IMG/VR virus record: IMGVR_UViG_3300045000_000052
Location: 1-56,250 of that record
Source of the DNA: a virus
Taxonomy: Duplodnaviria; Caudoviricetes
Reading direction: 5' to 3' (one strand)
Length of the DNA: 56,250 nucleotides
The position numbers were made by a program, and so were the translations under genes. Positions within the stretch are counted from its first letter, which is position 1, and each line of letters begins with the position of its first letter. Shown here in pieces: positions 1 to 9,428 of the stretch. The notes under the pieces were generated by a model, which saw nothing but the letters and a program-made list of their open reading frames with translations, made no database searches and was not told the origin of the DNA.

Positions 1-2
1 AC

Positions 3-938
3 GTAGAACGGTCTGCGCGCGCCGTCTGTGAGCCCCTGGGTGAGCCACAGCTCATCCTGCTCATCGGGTGCACCCCACACCGCCGAGCACGCCGCACGGA
101 CCCGCTCAGCCGCCTCATCCTCGGACAGGTAGCCCCCGCCGACGTAGCCGCCCAACAAGAACGCCGCGTTCAGCACGGCGGCGCGGCCCCCGCCGGCGCC
201 GTTGACCAGGTTGGTGATCACGGCGAGCTTCTCGGCAATGGCGTGCTCGGCGGCCGCCTGGGCCTGGGGCGGGCGGTTGTTCTGCATCGCGAGCCAGCCG
301 GCCGGTACGTTCTCGGGCGCGCGGGCGATGCCCGGGCTCGAGCTGGCCATCAGCCGGCGCAGCGCCTCGCCGGAGTTGTCGACCCCGGCGTCCATCGTCC
401 AGGCCTCGAGATCTAGCGGCCCGGCCCACCGGTACGGGCGGATGGTCTTGTCCACCTTGCTGGCCTTGGCGGTGGGCGGCAGGAACACGAACCCCCGGCC
501 GCGCCCATCGGGGGCGCCGGCTTGCACGTCGATGCCGGGCAGCACGTTGGTGGCCTTGGCCACGCCGAGCGAGTTGATCCATAGGTGGCCGCCGCCGCTC
601 GGGGTGTCCACCAGTCCGTATGCCCTCGGGGTGGTGCCGTTCATCCGCTCGAGGGAGGCGCCGCCGCCGTTGCGGGGGTCGACATCGAGGACGTCAAGGC
701 CTTGGCCCATCACCGCGCACAGCGCCATACCGGGCCGCCATGAGTCCACCACGGCGGCATCGGGCTCGGTCAGCTGCCACCGGTTCGGCAGCGCGAACCC
801 GGTACTACTCGAGGTATCCGCCGGGGCGACGAACACCGGCACGCCCACCCGGGTGAGACAGCGGGCCAGCTCGAGGGCGGCCGAGGTCTCGGTCTCGCTG
901 AGAGTTTCGGCAGGTTGCGAGCTGATCGGGCCGCTCAT
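3..938 (-). CDS. Bifunctional DNA primase/polymerase (Prim-Pol), continues past the window start
   Basis: Hand translation from ATG 938 (ATGA overlap with upstream gene): VPVFVAP...LDVLDVDPRNGG...TPSGGGHLW...GFVFLPP. These are Prim-Pol motifs (DxD, TPSGGxH). No stop seen before the window edge; not in the ORF track. Confidence 0.85.
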   Translation of the reverse strand, partial: MSGPISSQPAETLSETETSAALELARCLTRVGVPVFVAPADTSSSTGFALPNRWQLTEPDAAVVDSWRPGMALCAVMGQGLDVLDVDPRNGGGASLERMNGTTPRAYGLVDTPSGGGHLWINSLGVAKATNVLPGIDVQAGAPDGRGRGFVFLPPTAKASKVDKTIRPYRWAGPLDLEAWTMDAGVDNSGEALRRLMASSSPGIARAPENVPAGWLAMQNNRPPQAQAAAEHAIAEKLAVITNLVNGAGGGRAAVLNAAFLLGGYVGGGYLSEDEAAERVRAACSAVWGAPDEQDELWLTQGLTDGARRPFY

Positions 939-1519
939 GTGGTTACACTCCGTGTGTTGTTTGGGTAGGACGCTGACCGGTCAGTGAGGCTGCCGGCCAG
1001 CACTTCTGTTGATCGACCCCGATGCGCGGGCGAGGCGCTCGGGCGGCCGGACTTGCGTGATCCCTTCCGAGAGAGGGGATCACGCAATCCCGCGTCCTTC
1101 ACCGAGGCGAACAGGGCGTGTCTCAACCCATCGAGACCGTGGTTGCTCATGCCCTTGGCCACCGTGATCAGCCCGCCGGCGCTCATGCGGATGTCGGTGG
1201 CCCAGGCTTTGACCTCATGCGCCGAGCGGCACCAATACTTGTCCGCGCGCTCGGCGGCCAGCCGTGCGACCGACTCCACTAGTGATCGGGTGAGCGAGGC
1301 GGTGGACCCCTCGCGGGTCAGTCCGGCCACGTACCGCTCGCACGCCACCCCGACGTGCCCGGGGGCGGACTCGATGAGCCCGGCGATCACGGACAGCGCT
1401 AGCCCCGAGTCACACTGCAACACGTGCGCCTCGACCACGCTGGGGGCCCTCGAGTCGAAATCGAGCACCCCGATGCCGACCGTCAGCCCGGGGTCCACAC
1501 CGATAATCCTGATCTTCAT
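935..1519 (-). CDS. RuvC-like Holliday junction resolvase
   Basis: Starts MKIRIIGVDPGLTVGIG (RNase H fold GxDPG), with ACERY, EVKAW and NHGLDGLRHAL; ATGA-coupled to the HNH gene. Confidence 0.75.
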   Translation of the reverse strand: MKIRIIGVDPGLTVGIGVLDFDSRAPSVVEAHVLQCDSGLALSVIAGLIESAPGHVGVACERYVAGLTREGSTASLTRSLVESVARLAAERADKYWCRSAHEVKAWATDIRMSAGGLITVAKGMSNHGLDGLRHALFASVKDAGLRDPLSRKGSRKSGRPSASPAHRGRSTEVLAGSLTDRSASYPNNTRSVTT

Positions 1520-1809
1520 GAGGCTTTCTCCAGTCGGGCCCGGCGGCGTGCCTGGGCCATCAGCCCGCCCTGGCGCGCCTGACACGAGTCACACGCGGGG
1601 CGGATGTTGGTCTTGTCATAGGTGCCGCCGTCACAGCGGGGCACCGGCCAGCAGTCGACGCTGACCGTGTTGATGTCTTGGGGCCGCCCGCACATCGAGC
1701 ACGGCGCGGTGGTGCCGTTGCCGAAGTGGTCCAGCAGCCATTGGCGCCGGCGCCGGCGGTCCGCCGAGTTGCCGCGTTGGTTGCCGTTCGTGTTGCCGCG
1801 GCGGCTCAT
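1516..1809 (-). CDS. HNH endonuclease-like protein
   Basis: CSMC...VDCWPVPRCDGGTYDKTNIRPACDSC; HNH/zinc-ribbon layout, though the canonical His residues appear substituted. Confidence 0.7.
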   Translation of the reverse strand: MSRRGNTNGNQRGNSADRRRRRQWLLDHFGNGTTAPCSMCGRPQDINTVSVDCWPVPRCDGGTYDKTNIRPACDSCQARQGGLMAQARRRARLEKAS

Positions 1810-3692
1810 GCGGCCCGCCTCGCCCCGCCGAGCAGCTCGGCCACGATGCGGGGGTCACCGAGCACCTCACTCAGCGCGCCGGCCTTGGTGCGCAGGATGG
1901 TGCGGATCTTCTGCTCGACCGTGCCGGGCACCATCACGTCGATGACCTCGATGCACTCATGGCGCTCGGACCCGATGCGGTGCGCTCTGTCCTCGGCCTG
2001 GATGGACTCGACCACCGAGAACGGGCGTTGCAGGAACACCTCGAAGCTGGCGGCGGTGAGCGTGATGCCGACCCCGCCGGCCTTGAGCGTGAGCACCATC
2101 AGGTCCAGCTCGCCGGCTTGAAACGCGGCGATGGATCGGTCTCGCTCGCCCTTGCCTTGGTTGCCGATGACGTAGCCGACGCGGCGGCCCGCCTTGGCCG
2201 CCTCCTGCCCGGCCAGCAGCGCCAGCCCCCTGCTCTCGGTGAAGCACAGCCCCGCCTGGGTGGGCCGCTCATCCAGCACCTCGAGCAGCACGTCCACTTT
2301 CCAGCTGGGCAGCTGGGGGTGTAGGCGCTGGCGCATCTCCTGCTCGCCGGTGAATGCGTTGATCACCGGGGCGCCCTCTTTGTCGACCTTGGGCACCAGC
2401 TCGATCCACCCGGCGCAGCTGGCCAGGGTGCACAGCCGGTTGAGCTGCGTGAGCACCGACATGACCTCTAGCTCATCGCCATCGGGCAGCGCGGCGAGCA
2501 TCTCAGATTCCATCTGGTCATAGACCCGGCGCCAGGTCGGTGGGATGTCCACCTCCCGCACCGAGTAGATCTTGGGGGGCAGCTCGGTGAGCACATCGGC
2601 CTTGGCCACCCGCCGCCGGCGGCCCAGGAGGGTCTCGCGGAACTCCGGTTCGGTGCCCGGGTTCATCCCGTAGATCGTCTCTTGATAGCGGCCGCCCCCG
2701 GTCTGTTCTTGGCTGGTAAGGCAGTAACGAGCCACGAACCGCTCACGTGACGGCCAAGCGCCGGGCTCGAGCATCTCGAGCGCGGGCCACCGGTCGGCCA
2801 GGTGGTGCGTGATGGGGGTGCCGCTCAGTCCGATGAACTGCCCGGCCTTGAGCCCGAGGCGCACCGCCGCCTTGGACTGCTCGGCGTTGTGGTTCTTGGT
2901 CATATGGATCTCATCGACCACCACCGAGGCGGGTGCCAGGCGGACCAGGCTGCGGTTATAGCCCTTGTCCCGCTTGGCCTTGGCCCGTGCCTCGCTGGCC
3001 GCATCGCGCACCGCGGTGCCGTAGGTGGTAATGAACACGTCCGCCCGATCGGCGAGCCCGTGCCGCCCGGTGCCGTGCCAGCGGACCACCCGCCACGCCG
3101 GGGCGAGCAGCTCGAACTCGGCCACCCAGCTGCCCAGCACGGACAGCGGCGCGATGACCAGGATGGGCAGCACGGTGTGCCCGGCGGCGGCGCGCTCGAG
3201 CAGCCCGAGCACGGCGGACATCGTTTTCCCAGTGCCCGGATCATGATCGAGCAGGGCGCGGCCGGAGCGCCCGATCATCACGGCGTCCTCGAGCTGGTAG
3301 CTGCGCGGCGCGCGGGCCCCTGAGTAGCCCGCTAGCGGCCCGGCCAAGGGCGCGGTGCGCAGCTCGACCTGTTCACGGATCCAATCCAGCAGCTTGGGCC
3401 CTGGGCGCCAGCGACCGGCGTAGGTGTTGGACAGCTGTAGCAGGGTCGGCCAGGTCAGCGGGCACAACAGCGCGCCCTTGGGGTCCGAGTCGACGTAGTT
3501 GGGGGTGGTGGTGCCGAGCTGGCGGGCGGCAAAGATGCGCTCAGCCTCGGCGCCCTCACTCATGACGATGAGGCGCCGGCCATCGAAGTGGCGCTCAGCT
3601 CTGATCAGCGCGCCGGTGTCGGACGCGCCTCGAACGTAAACGGGTGGTTGACCTTGGGGGTAGGTCGGCCACCCGGGCGGGGGTGGAAACAC
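1806..3692 (-). CDS. SNF2-like (SF2) DNA helicase
   Basis: Walker A DPGTGKT, Walker B VVDEIH, LSGTP, AGGVGITLTAA, QAEDRAHRIG. Confidence 0.92.
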   Translation of the reverse strand: MFPPPPGWPTYPQGQPPVYVRGASDTGALIRAERHFDGRRLIVMSEGAEAERIFAARQLGTTTPNYVDSDPKGALLCPLTWPTLLQLSNTYAGRWRPGPKLLDWIREQVELRTAPLAGPLAGYSGARAPRSYQLEDAVMIGRSGRALLDHDPGTGKTMSAVLGLLERAAAGHTVLPILVIAPLSVLGSWVAEFELLAPAWRVVRWHGTGRHGLADRADVFITTYGTAVRDAASEARAKAKRDKGYNRSLVRLAPASVVVDEIHMTKNHNAEQSKAAVRLGLKAGQFIGLSGTPITHHLADRWPALEMLEPGAWPSRERFVARYCLTSQEQTGGGRYQETIYGMNPGTEPEFRETLLGRRRRVAKADVLTELPPKIYSVREVDIPPTWRRVYDQMESEMLAALPDGDELEVMSVLTQLNRLCTLASCAGWIELVPKVDKEGAPVINAFTGEQEMRQRLHPQLPSWKVDVLLEVLDERPTQAGLCFTESRGLALLAGQEAAKAGRRVGYVIGNQGKGERDRSIAAFQAGELDLMVLTLKAGGVGITLTAASFEVFLQRPFSVVESIQAEDRAHRIGSERHECIEVIDVMVPGTVEQKIRTILRTKAGALSEVLGDPRIVAELLGGARRAA

Positions 3693-3746
3693 GGGTGAGG
3701 CTCCCTCGGGGGTTCGGACAGACTAGCGGCGCGGTCCAGACGTGGA

Positions 3747-3783
3747 ACGGGGCCGAGCCCGATCGACTCGGACTCGGCCCCGT
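3747..3783 (-). terminator. GC-rich hairpin, probable terminator
   Basis: ACGGGGCCGAG...CTCGGCCCCGT inverted repeat just downstream of the SSB-like gene stop. Confidence 0.55.
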
Positions 3784-3792
3784 GTGAGTGAC

Positions 3793-4953
3793 TCAGCCCT
3801 GGGGCGCCCCGCTCAGGCGGCCCATCAGCCCGCTGGCGTACGGGTCACCCTGCTGCGGCTGGCCCTGCGGCGGACCCTGCTGGGCGTACTGCTGACCACC
3901 CTGCGGCGGCCCCTGCTGCCCCGGTGCGTTCGGCCCCGGCCCGGCGTAGCCCGGTGGCACGTTCGCCTGCGGCGGCACACCCCAACCGCCGGGTTGCGCC
4001 GGCGCGCCACCCTGCTGGTACTGCGGCTGCTGCTGGGCCGGCGGACCCTGCTGGGCGTACGCCGGCTGCTGCGGCTGCTGGTACTCCGGCTGCCCCTGCG
4101 GCGGGCCCTGCTGGGGGAACTGCCCCGGCGGCGGGCCCTGCTGGGCGTACTCCGGCTGGCCCTGGGGCTGCTGGTACTGCTGGGCCGGCGGCTGTTGCGG
4201 CGCGGTCTGCTCGACCGGCGCCGGCGGTGCCTGGGCGGGCTGGCCCTGCTGGCCGGGGCGCTGGTACTGCACCTCGTAGATACCCGCCGCGTTGAGCCCC
4301 GGGATCTGGCGCTCACCTGTCTTGCGCACCGCGATGACCGCGCCCGACTCGGGGTAGCCCGAGGGCGCGCCGGCCTGGGCCATGGCCCTGGTCAGCTCAC
4401 CCCACAGCCCACCCGAGCAGTACAGCTGAGCCCGGCCGTCCTTGAATTCTTCATCCGGTGCCACCGAGAGCGGCACCTTGAGCACCAGCTTGCGCCGGCC
4501 GTCCTTGAGCATGGCCGGCATGGTCGAGTTCGGCATGGTCTGCCCCTCGACATCCGCGTCGGACACCTCACGCGCCACCTGACCGACCCGCCAGCTGCCG
4601 AGGCGGTAGCCCTTGTCCGTGGCGAAACTCCACGCCTTGCCGTTGCCCCCGGTGGGTTGGTTGGCGAAGTCGGCGAGGGTGAAGTTTTCCGGCGGCGGCT
4701 GCTGCGGCTGCCCGTACGGCTGCCCGTAGCCCTGCTGGGGCTGCCCGTAGCCCTGCTGGGGCTGCCCGTACGGCTGCTGGTAGCCCGCCGGCGGCCCGTA
4801 GTTGGGTGGCGGCTGCTGGGCGGGCGGCCCGTAGTTCGGCGGCTGCTGATACCCCTGCTGCGGTGGCGGGCCCTGCTGGTATCCACCCTGCTGCGGCGCC
4901 GGCGGGTAGCCGCCCTGGCCCTGCTGGGGGAATCCCTGTTGTGGGTAGTTCAT
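3793..4953 (-). CDS. ssDNA-binding-like protein with long Q/P/G/Y low-complexity tails
   Basis: Start MNYPQQGF. A central folded segment (VGQVAREVSD...KLVLKVPL...AQLYCSG...YEVQY) resembles actinophage OB-fold SSBs; located between helicase and exonuclease. Confidence 0.55.
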   Translation of the reverse strand: MNYPQQGFPQQGQGGYPPAPQQGGYQQGPPPQQGYQQPPNYGPPAQQPPPNYGPPAGYQQPYGQPQQGYGQPQQGYGQPYGQPQQPPPENFTLADFANQPTGGNGKAWSFATDKGYRLGSWRVGQVAREVSDADVEGQTMPNSTMPAMLKDGRRKLVLKVPLSVAPDEEFKDGRAQLYCSGGLWGELTRAMAQAGAPSGYPESGAVIAVRKTGERQIPGLNAAGIYEVQYQRPGQQGQPAQAPPAPVEQTAPQQPPAQQYQQPQGQPEYAQQGPPPGQFPQQGPPQGQPEYQQPQQPAYAQQGPPAQQQPQYQQGGAPAQPGGWGVPPQANVPPGYAGPGPNAPGQQGPPQGGQQYAQQGPPQGQPQQGDPYASGLMGRLSGAPQG

Positions 4954-5005
4954 GATTGTTTTCCACTCTCCACTGTTGACTTCCAACCGGCATCGCGCCG
5001 GTGGT

Positions 5006-5878
5006 CTATGAGCGGGCCAGCTCGGCGCGGTGGCCGATGGTCCCGGGGCACCCGGTGCCGCCATCGCGGGCGGCTTGCGGGCGGTAGAACGGACAGAAAT
5101 AGCAGTCGTTGTCATCCGGCACGGCCGGCACATCCAGCAGCCCGGCCCGGCCGGACAGGATCGCCTCGGCCCACTTGCGCCGGTAGGCGGTGCGGTCGAT
5201 CACCTCGGCGATCAGCGCGTCATCGGCGACCGAGTACGGGTGATCCCAGACGTACATGCCATCGAGCGAGGCGGCGGTGGCCGGGTAGGCGACCAGGGCC
5301 ACCCGATCCACCCGGTAGCCGAGGTTCCGGTACCCCTGGGCGTAAAGGATCATCTGAATTTGGTAGTGGATCGGTGGCCCGTGCGGGCTGCGCACCTTGG
5401 CCATCGACGTCTCGCCCAAGAACTTGTGATCGAGCAGGGCGAACTGCCAGCAGTCATAGAGATCGGCGGTACCCGGCCCGTCCCCGTGCTCGGTGACGAA
5501 CGGGGCCACCTTGCGCTCGGTCAGCCAACGGGGGCGGGCCGGGTCCAGCCCGAGCCGCACGTTTTCCGCATCGAACGCGTCACCCGCGTAGACGTGTAGC
5601 GCGGTGCCCCGGATGCTGGGCCACGGATCCGCCACGTGATTGGTGACCGGCAGCTCGGCCATCTTGCCGGCCACCTGCCGATCACACCGCACGCCCAGCT
5701 CGGACGGGCCGAGGGTGCGCTGCAACGTGCGCGGCGCCACCGCGGCGTGCGCGTGGAACACCCGCCGCAGCTCGGCCCCCTGGCGCTGCGCCCACTCGGT
5801 GTTGCCGCCCAGCGGTGAGGGTGCCGAGTGTTTGAACGCGGCGATCTCGGCGGCCGGGATGCGGGCGGGCGCGGTCAC
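5006..5878 (-). CDS. Cas4/RecB-like PD-(D/E)XK exonuclease
   Basis: GPSELGVRCDRQ, RGTALH, GTADLYD, LLDHK, QIQMILYA and C-terminal CYFCPF...C (4-Cys cluster). Confidence 0.85.
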   Translation of the reverse strand: MTAPARIPAAEIAAFKHSAPSPLGGNTEWAQRQGAELRRVFHAHAAVAPRTLQRTLGPSELGVRCDRQVAGKMAELPVTNHVADPWPSIRGTALHVYAGDAFDAENVRLGLDPARPRWLTERKVAPFVTEHGDGPGTADLYDCWQFALLDHKFLGETSMAKVRSPHGPPIHYQIQMILYAQGYRNLGYRVDRVALVAYPATAASLDGMYVWDHPYSVADDALIAEVIDRTAYRRKWAEAILSGRAGLLDVPAVPDDNDCYFCPFYRPQAARDGGTGCPGTIGHRAELARS

Positions 5879-5883
5879 CCCGA

Positions 5884-6258
5884 TCAGCCCTTGTACCGCT
5901 CGAGGCGCCAGCTGGTGCTCTCGCTCGAGTAGTCGGCATACACCTGGGGGTAGTCCTTGCGTAGCGCCTTAGTGTTCATCCGGCGACTCACCACGCCGAG
6001 CATCCGCAGCGGGATCGAGAGCAGCGGCGAGTCCAGCAGGATGTTGGTCTTGCCGGGGGCGGCCGCCGCTAGCTCGGCCTTGAGCCCGTTGACCACCTCA
6101 TCCAGCTCTTCGGCCGACTCGGTGGCGCGCGCCTTGATTCGTTCGTACCGGTCGGCCAGCTGCTCGAGGCGGCTGCCGGGCTCGGGCCGGATGGTGACCG
6201 GCATGGCCGCGATCTCCTCGGCGGTCAGCGGTGGCGGGGGTGGAAGTTGATCGGACAT
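5884..6258 (-). CDS. Hypothetical protein (coiled coil; C-terminus resembles the tail of YqaJ-type recombinases)
   Basis: GGGAG RBS; ...RMNTKALRKDYPQVYADYSSESTSWRL. Confidence 0.6.
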   Translation of the reverse strand: MSDQLPPPPPLTAEEIAAMPVTIRPEPGSRLEQLADRYERIKARATESAEELDEVVNGLKAELAAAAPGKTNILLDSPLLSIPLRMLGVVSRRMNTKALRKDYPQVYADYSSESTSWRLERYKG

Positions 6259-6266
6259 GAGGCTCC

Positions 6267-6479
6267 CTATCGGTGGTTGGCGAACCGGGCGGCGGCGAGC
6301 ATCACCGACGCGTCCTGCTCGAGCTTTCGGGCGGGCAGGTCGGTGTGTGAGGGCATGCCGGGCGAGTAGACCGCGTCCTCGAAAACGTAGATCTTCTCGC
6401 CGCTGCTCAAGGTCCAGTAGGCCGAGCCGTCCGGGGTGCGCCCCTCGGGCAACGGCAGCTCGATCCGGATGATGTCCAT
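6267..6479 (-). CDS. Hypothetical protein
   Basis: MDIIRIEL start with AGGGAGAG RBS; compact spacing. Confidence 0.55.
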   Translation of the reverse strand: MDIIRIELPLPEGRTPDGSAYWTLSSGEKIYVFEDAVYSPGMPSHTDLPARKLEQDASVMLAAARFANHR

Positions 6480-6556
6480 CTCTCTCCCTGGTCGGGGCGG
6501 TGTAGGTCTAGCACCACCGGCTGACAACCCTTCACGGGCATCAACGAGGTGGGCGC

Positions 6557-6868
6557 TCACTCGGGTGCGGACTTGCGCCGGTTGGCTCGGCGCGCGGCCA
6601 CGGAGCCGTCTTTGCGCAGCGCCTGGTGCTCATCGGTGTGCTCGGGCTCGCGGTTGCACAGCCACCGGATCTTGTGGGCGGTGCGGTCGGTCCAGCGGTA
6701 TCCGCAGTAGGCGGGGTCGAGCGCGCCGAGCGGCGGGTGATCGGGCATGTTCGCCTCGATCTTGTCCAGCTCGGCGCGGGCCCAGGCCACGATGCGGGGG
6801 GAGTCCGGCCGTTCGGGCGGATCCTCCCATGGCGAATCATCAGGCTCGCCGGTTACCATCAGTGACAC
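6557..6868 (-). CDS. Hypothetical protein (C..C..H..H motif)
   Basis: ORF track; YCGYRW...LCNREPEHTDEH. Confidence 0.55.
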   Translation of the reverse strand: MSLMVTGEPDDSPWEDPPERPDSPRIVAWARAELDKIEANMPDHPPLGALDPAYCGYRWTDRTAHKIRWLCNREPEHTDEHQALRKDGSVAARRANRRKSAPE

Positions 6869-6923
6869 CTAGCTCTCGTTCGATTGCATCCTTGGTCGGG
6901 GCGGTCAGCGGATCTTGGTACTG

Positions 6924-7033
6924 GACACCCGCCTCGGGCCTCACACCCCCGGCGGGTGTCTTGCTGTGTGCGACTGGACGAACCCGCTCAGTAAATCACC
7001 GAGCGCAAGGTTCAGGCTACCCCCAACCTTGCG
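6924..7033. promoter_or_regulatory. Divergent control region with two inverted repeats
   Basis: GACACCCGCC/GGCGGGTGTC (6924-6960) and CGCAAGGTT-N12-AACCTTGCG (7004-7033) between divergent gene blocks. Confidence 0.5.
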
Positions 7034-7056
7034 AGACGTGTTTTACTGGGGTGGCC

Positions 7057-7305
7057 ATGACAGACACCGAGCACGTCACCACGTCCGACATCATGCGGAT
7101 GCTCGGCCGAAAAAATCTCGGCAGCGCTCGAGGGTGGATCCACACCCACCGCCTCGAACCGCTGCCGTGGCGCACCGCGAGCGGCGAGAACGTCTACCGG
7201 CTGACCGACGTCCAGGCGGCCATCGACACCGAACCGCGCGGCCGCTACCGCATGCCGCCCCGACCACAGAAACGAGAGACCGATGGCAACACGCGCCAAG
7301 CCTGA
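7057..7305 (+). CDS. MerR/excisionase-like HTH DNA-binding protein
   Basis: VTTSDIMRMLG...ARGWIHTHRLEP...GENVYRLTDV; first gene of the rightward arm. Confidence 0.65.
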   Translation: MTDTEHVTTSDIMRMLGRKNLGSARGWIHTHRLEPLPWRTASGENVYRLTDVQAAIDTEPRGRYRMPPRPQKRETDGNTRQA

Positions 7306-7564
7306 ACCGGACACCCGCGTCCAGGCGAACCCCTTCCTAGCTCGCCAGCTCGCCGCCGGCTGCAACCGCTACGCCGAGCTGCTGGTGCGCGCCGCCGAGG
7401 ACGCGGCCAAGTCTCCGAGCACCTACGACCAGGCCAACGACACCTACGTGGACAGCCCGGCGCCAGCCACCGCGATGGACCTCGAGAGCACCCGGGAGTT
7501 GGCCGACGTGTTCCGCCAGCACGCCGCCGAGCTGCTCGAGGCGCACCGAACGCGAGTCGAGTAG
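7283..7564 (+). CDS. Hypothetical protein
   Basis: ORF track, coupled to neighbours. Confidence 0.6.
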   Translation: MATRAKPEPDTRVQANPFLARQLAAGCNRYAELLVRAAEDAAKSPSTYDQANDTYVDSPAPATAMDLESTRELADVFRQHAAELLEAHRTRVE

Positions 7565-7567
7565 CTC

Positions 7568-7933
7568 ATGCCGATCATCAACCCAACCACCGTGCCCATC
7601 ACCACCACCACGATGGGGCGGCTGTTCATGCTCGCGGCGACGATGACCGCGCTGTCCTGCATGGCGTTGATCTTTGAGGCAGTGCTGGGGCTGCAACAGG
7701 TGCCGGTGCGCTACATCGTTGCCACGCTGCTCTCGGCCGGGTTCGCCGCCGGGTTCACCAACTGGACGCACCAGCGGCTGCTCGACGCCCAGGCTCGGGC
7801 CGATGCCGCCGACCGCGCCGCCGCCAAGGCAGCCGACCACCGGACCCCGCCCGAGTGGCGGCACAAGGGCGACCGGGGCCGCGACGCGGGTAGCGGGGAG
7901 TTCGGCGGGCCCCGCCGCGAGCCGCCGGAATAG
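7568..7933 (+). CDS. Two-TM membrane protein
   Basis: Two hydrophobic segments, then a charged tail with PPEW. Confidence 0.65.
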   Translation: MPIINPTTVPITTTTMGRLFMLAATMTALSCMALIFEAVLGLQQVPVRYIVATLLSAGFAAGFTNWTHQRLLDAQARADAADRAAAKAADHRTPPEWRHKGDRGRDAGSGEFGGPRREPPE

Positions 7934-7967
7934 TTCGATCACGCCATTCTGATTTTGTGAGGGAATC

Positions 7968-8234
7968 ATGAGTTACTGCCCTACCGGTCGGCACAGAAAT
8001 AGCGGTCACGGAGCGTGTTCTTGTGGGCGCTCAAAAGGAACAGGCGGCGCACAGTTCCGCTCGAGTGACGCTCGGTATAAGCGCGCCGGCGGTACGCCAC
8101 GGCGGCCCGCCTCGGGCGGCTTCTCGGCCACCCAACGCAACGCCTCGGCCGGGGGGTGCACCACGATGATCGGGCTGCTCAGCCTCGGTGCCGTGGTGCT
8201 CGCTCGCCTGGCCGGTCGCCGGCGGGGTAGGTAG
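7968..8234 (+). CDS. Small basic protein with GC-TM-RRR C-terminal anchor
   Basis: GAGGGA RBS; ends SAGGCTTMIGLLSLGAVVLARLAGRRRGR. Confidence 0.6.
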   Translation: MSYCPTGRHRNSGHGACSCGRSKGTGGAQFRSSDARYKRAGGTPRRPASGGFSATQRNASAGGCTTMIGLLSLGAVVLARLAGRRRGR

Positions 8235-8251
8235 CCGGCGGCACGGTTGCC

Positions 8252-8791
8252 ATGGGCGAGCACTCCGGACCGTATGAAACTCAGAGCCCCAACAAATCCG
8301 ATGAGGTAATGGATGTTGAGGCTGCGCTGTGTTTCGCGCTGGCCAGGGCCAATTACACGGTGCGCGATATCGCCAAACGGCTCAGCCTGGACGCCATGAC
8401 CGTCTGCCGCAGACTCGATAGATTGATCTTGTTACAAGCGCATCCGGGAAGATCCGTTATGCGCCTGATCGAGGCTGCTCGGGTCGATGACCTGGCCCGC
8501 GCCCTTGACCAGGTGCTGTACGGGCCACCCGGCCCGGACACCGACCCCGAGGCGTTCACCGAGCGCGCGGTGGCGACGCACCTCACGCCGGCGGACGTGG
8601 CCGCGCTGGTGCGCACCGGGCTGGCCGCCAGCGCCGCGCGCCGCGCGCTGTGGGGTCTGGACCACAGCGAGGAGAACAGCGCGGACACTCCACTCGAGCC
8701 CGCGGCTGAGCCCGAGCCCTGGGAGCTGGCCGCCCGCACGCACCGTGACGAACAGGAAGCCAAGATCAACAGGGGAGAGTTCGATGACTGA
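8252..8791 (+). CDS. HTH protein resembling a terminase small subunit
   Basis: N-terminal HTH (ARANYTVRDIAKRLSLDAMTVCRR), then E..R.D.L and AARRALWGLD, the R-R-x-L-x-G-L-D ending seen in actinophage TerS-like proteins. Confidence 0.55.
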   Translation: MGEHSGPYETQSPNKSDEVMDVEAALCFALARANYTVRDIAKRLSLDAMTVCRRLDRLILLQAHPGRSVMRLIEAARVDDLARALDQVLYGPPGPDTDPEAFTERAVATHLTPADVAALVRTGLAASAARRALWGLDHSEENSADTPLEPAAEPEPWELAARTHRDEQEAKINRGEFDD

Positions 8792-9428
8792 TGACGAGTT
8801 GAAGCGAGAGCGGCTGCTGGCCGCCTACGGCGCGCGCTGTGTGCGCCCCGGGTGTGACCACGCGTTCGCCTCGCACGTGCCCGAGCTGCGCCCCGGCTAC
8901 CGCGCGTGCGCCGAGGGGACGTGCGTGTGTGATGACCTGGTCAAGCCGCTGCACCTCACCCAGACTGGGCCGGCGGCGCGCATGCCGTTGGGCCGGCCGG
9001 GGTCCGCCGGTCTGCTGTCTGACCCCCCGGGCGGTGAGTCCACCCAGTTGTGCCCGCACCCGACCAGTACGCACACCGTTGACCACCAGTGGGCGCCCGG
9101 CGGATCGCGCTGCGGCTGCGGTGCGCTGGGCCCCACCGAGGCCATCCGGGCCGCCCGCGAGCGCTACCTGGCCGAGTCGCCCGCCCCCGATCGGTTCACC
9201 TCGGGGCGCCAGCGCTCACACCTGTTGGCCCGGCCGCGCCGTCCCGAGCCCGCCGCGCACGTGCCGGTGGCCGAGATGGTCATCTACCAGCACGCCGAGG
9301 GCGCCGGCAAGCGCGCCGCGCTGAACGTGGCCTACATCGAGGCGGCCGCCGCCGGGGTGCACATCCACGAATACGGGCCCGGCGGTCTCGCTCGGTCTGA
9401 CAACTGCCCGAGGGGATGCCAGCCGTGA
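8784..9428 (+). CDS. Cys/His-rich hypothetical protein
   Basis: MTDDELK; CVRPGCDHAFASH...CAEGTCVC. Confidence 0.6.
   Translation: MTDDELKRERLLAAYGARCVRPGCDHAFASHVPELRPGYRACAEGTCVCDDLVKPLHLTQTGPAARMPLGRPGSAGLLSDPPGGESTQLCPHPTSTHTVDHQWAPGGSRCGCGALGPTEAIRAARERYLAESPAPDRFTSGRQRSHLLARPRRPEPAAHVPVAEMVIYQHAEGAGKRAALNVAYIEAAAAGVHIHEYGPGGLARSDNCPRGCQP

Noticed and set aside
3793-4953. Repeated CCCTGCTG tracts as a CRISPR array or DGR repeat
   Set aside because: They are codon repeats of QQGP peptides inside a CDS, with no spacers and no reverse transcriptase in the window
3742-5496. 584-aa plus-strand ORF
   Set aside because: Leu/Arg-rich antisense shadow of the Q/P-rich gene and the exonuclease
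5006-5878. Cas4-like gene as a sign of a CRISPR system
   Set aside because: No array or other cas genes in the window; solo Cas4/RecB-like exonucleases are common in actinophage replication modules
6868-7305. Integration/immunity cassette at the divergence point
   Set aside because: Only a small HTH gene is present; no integrase, XRE repressor or att-like tRNA fragment was recognised, so lifestyle cannot be assigned from this window
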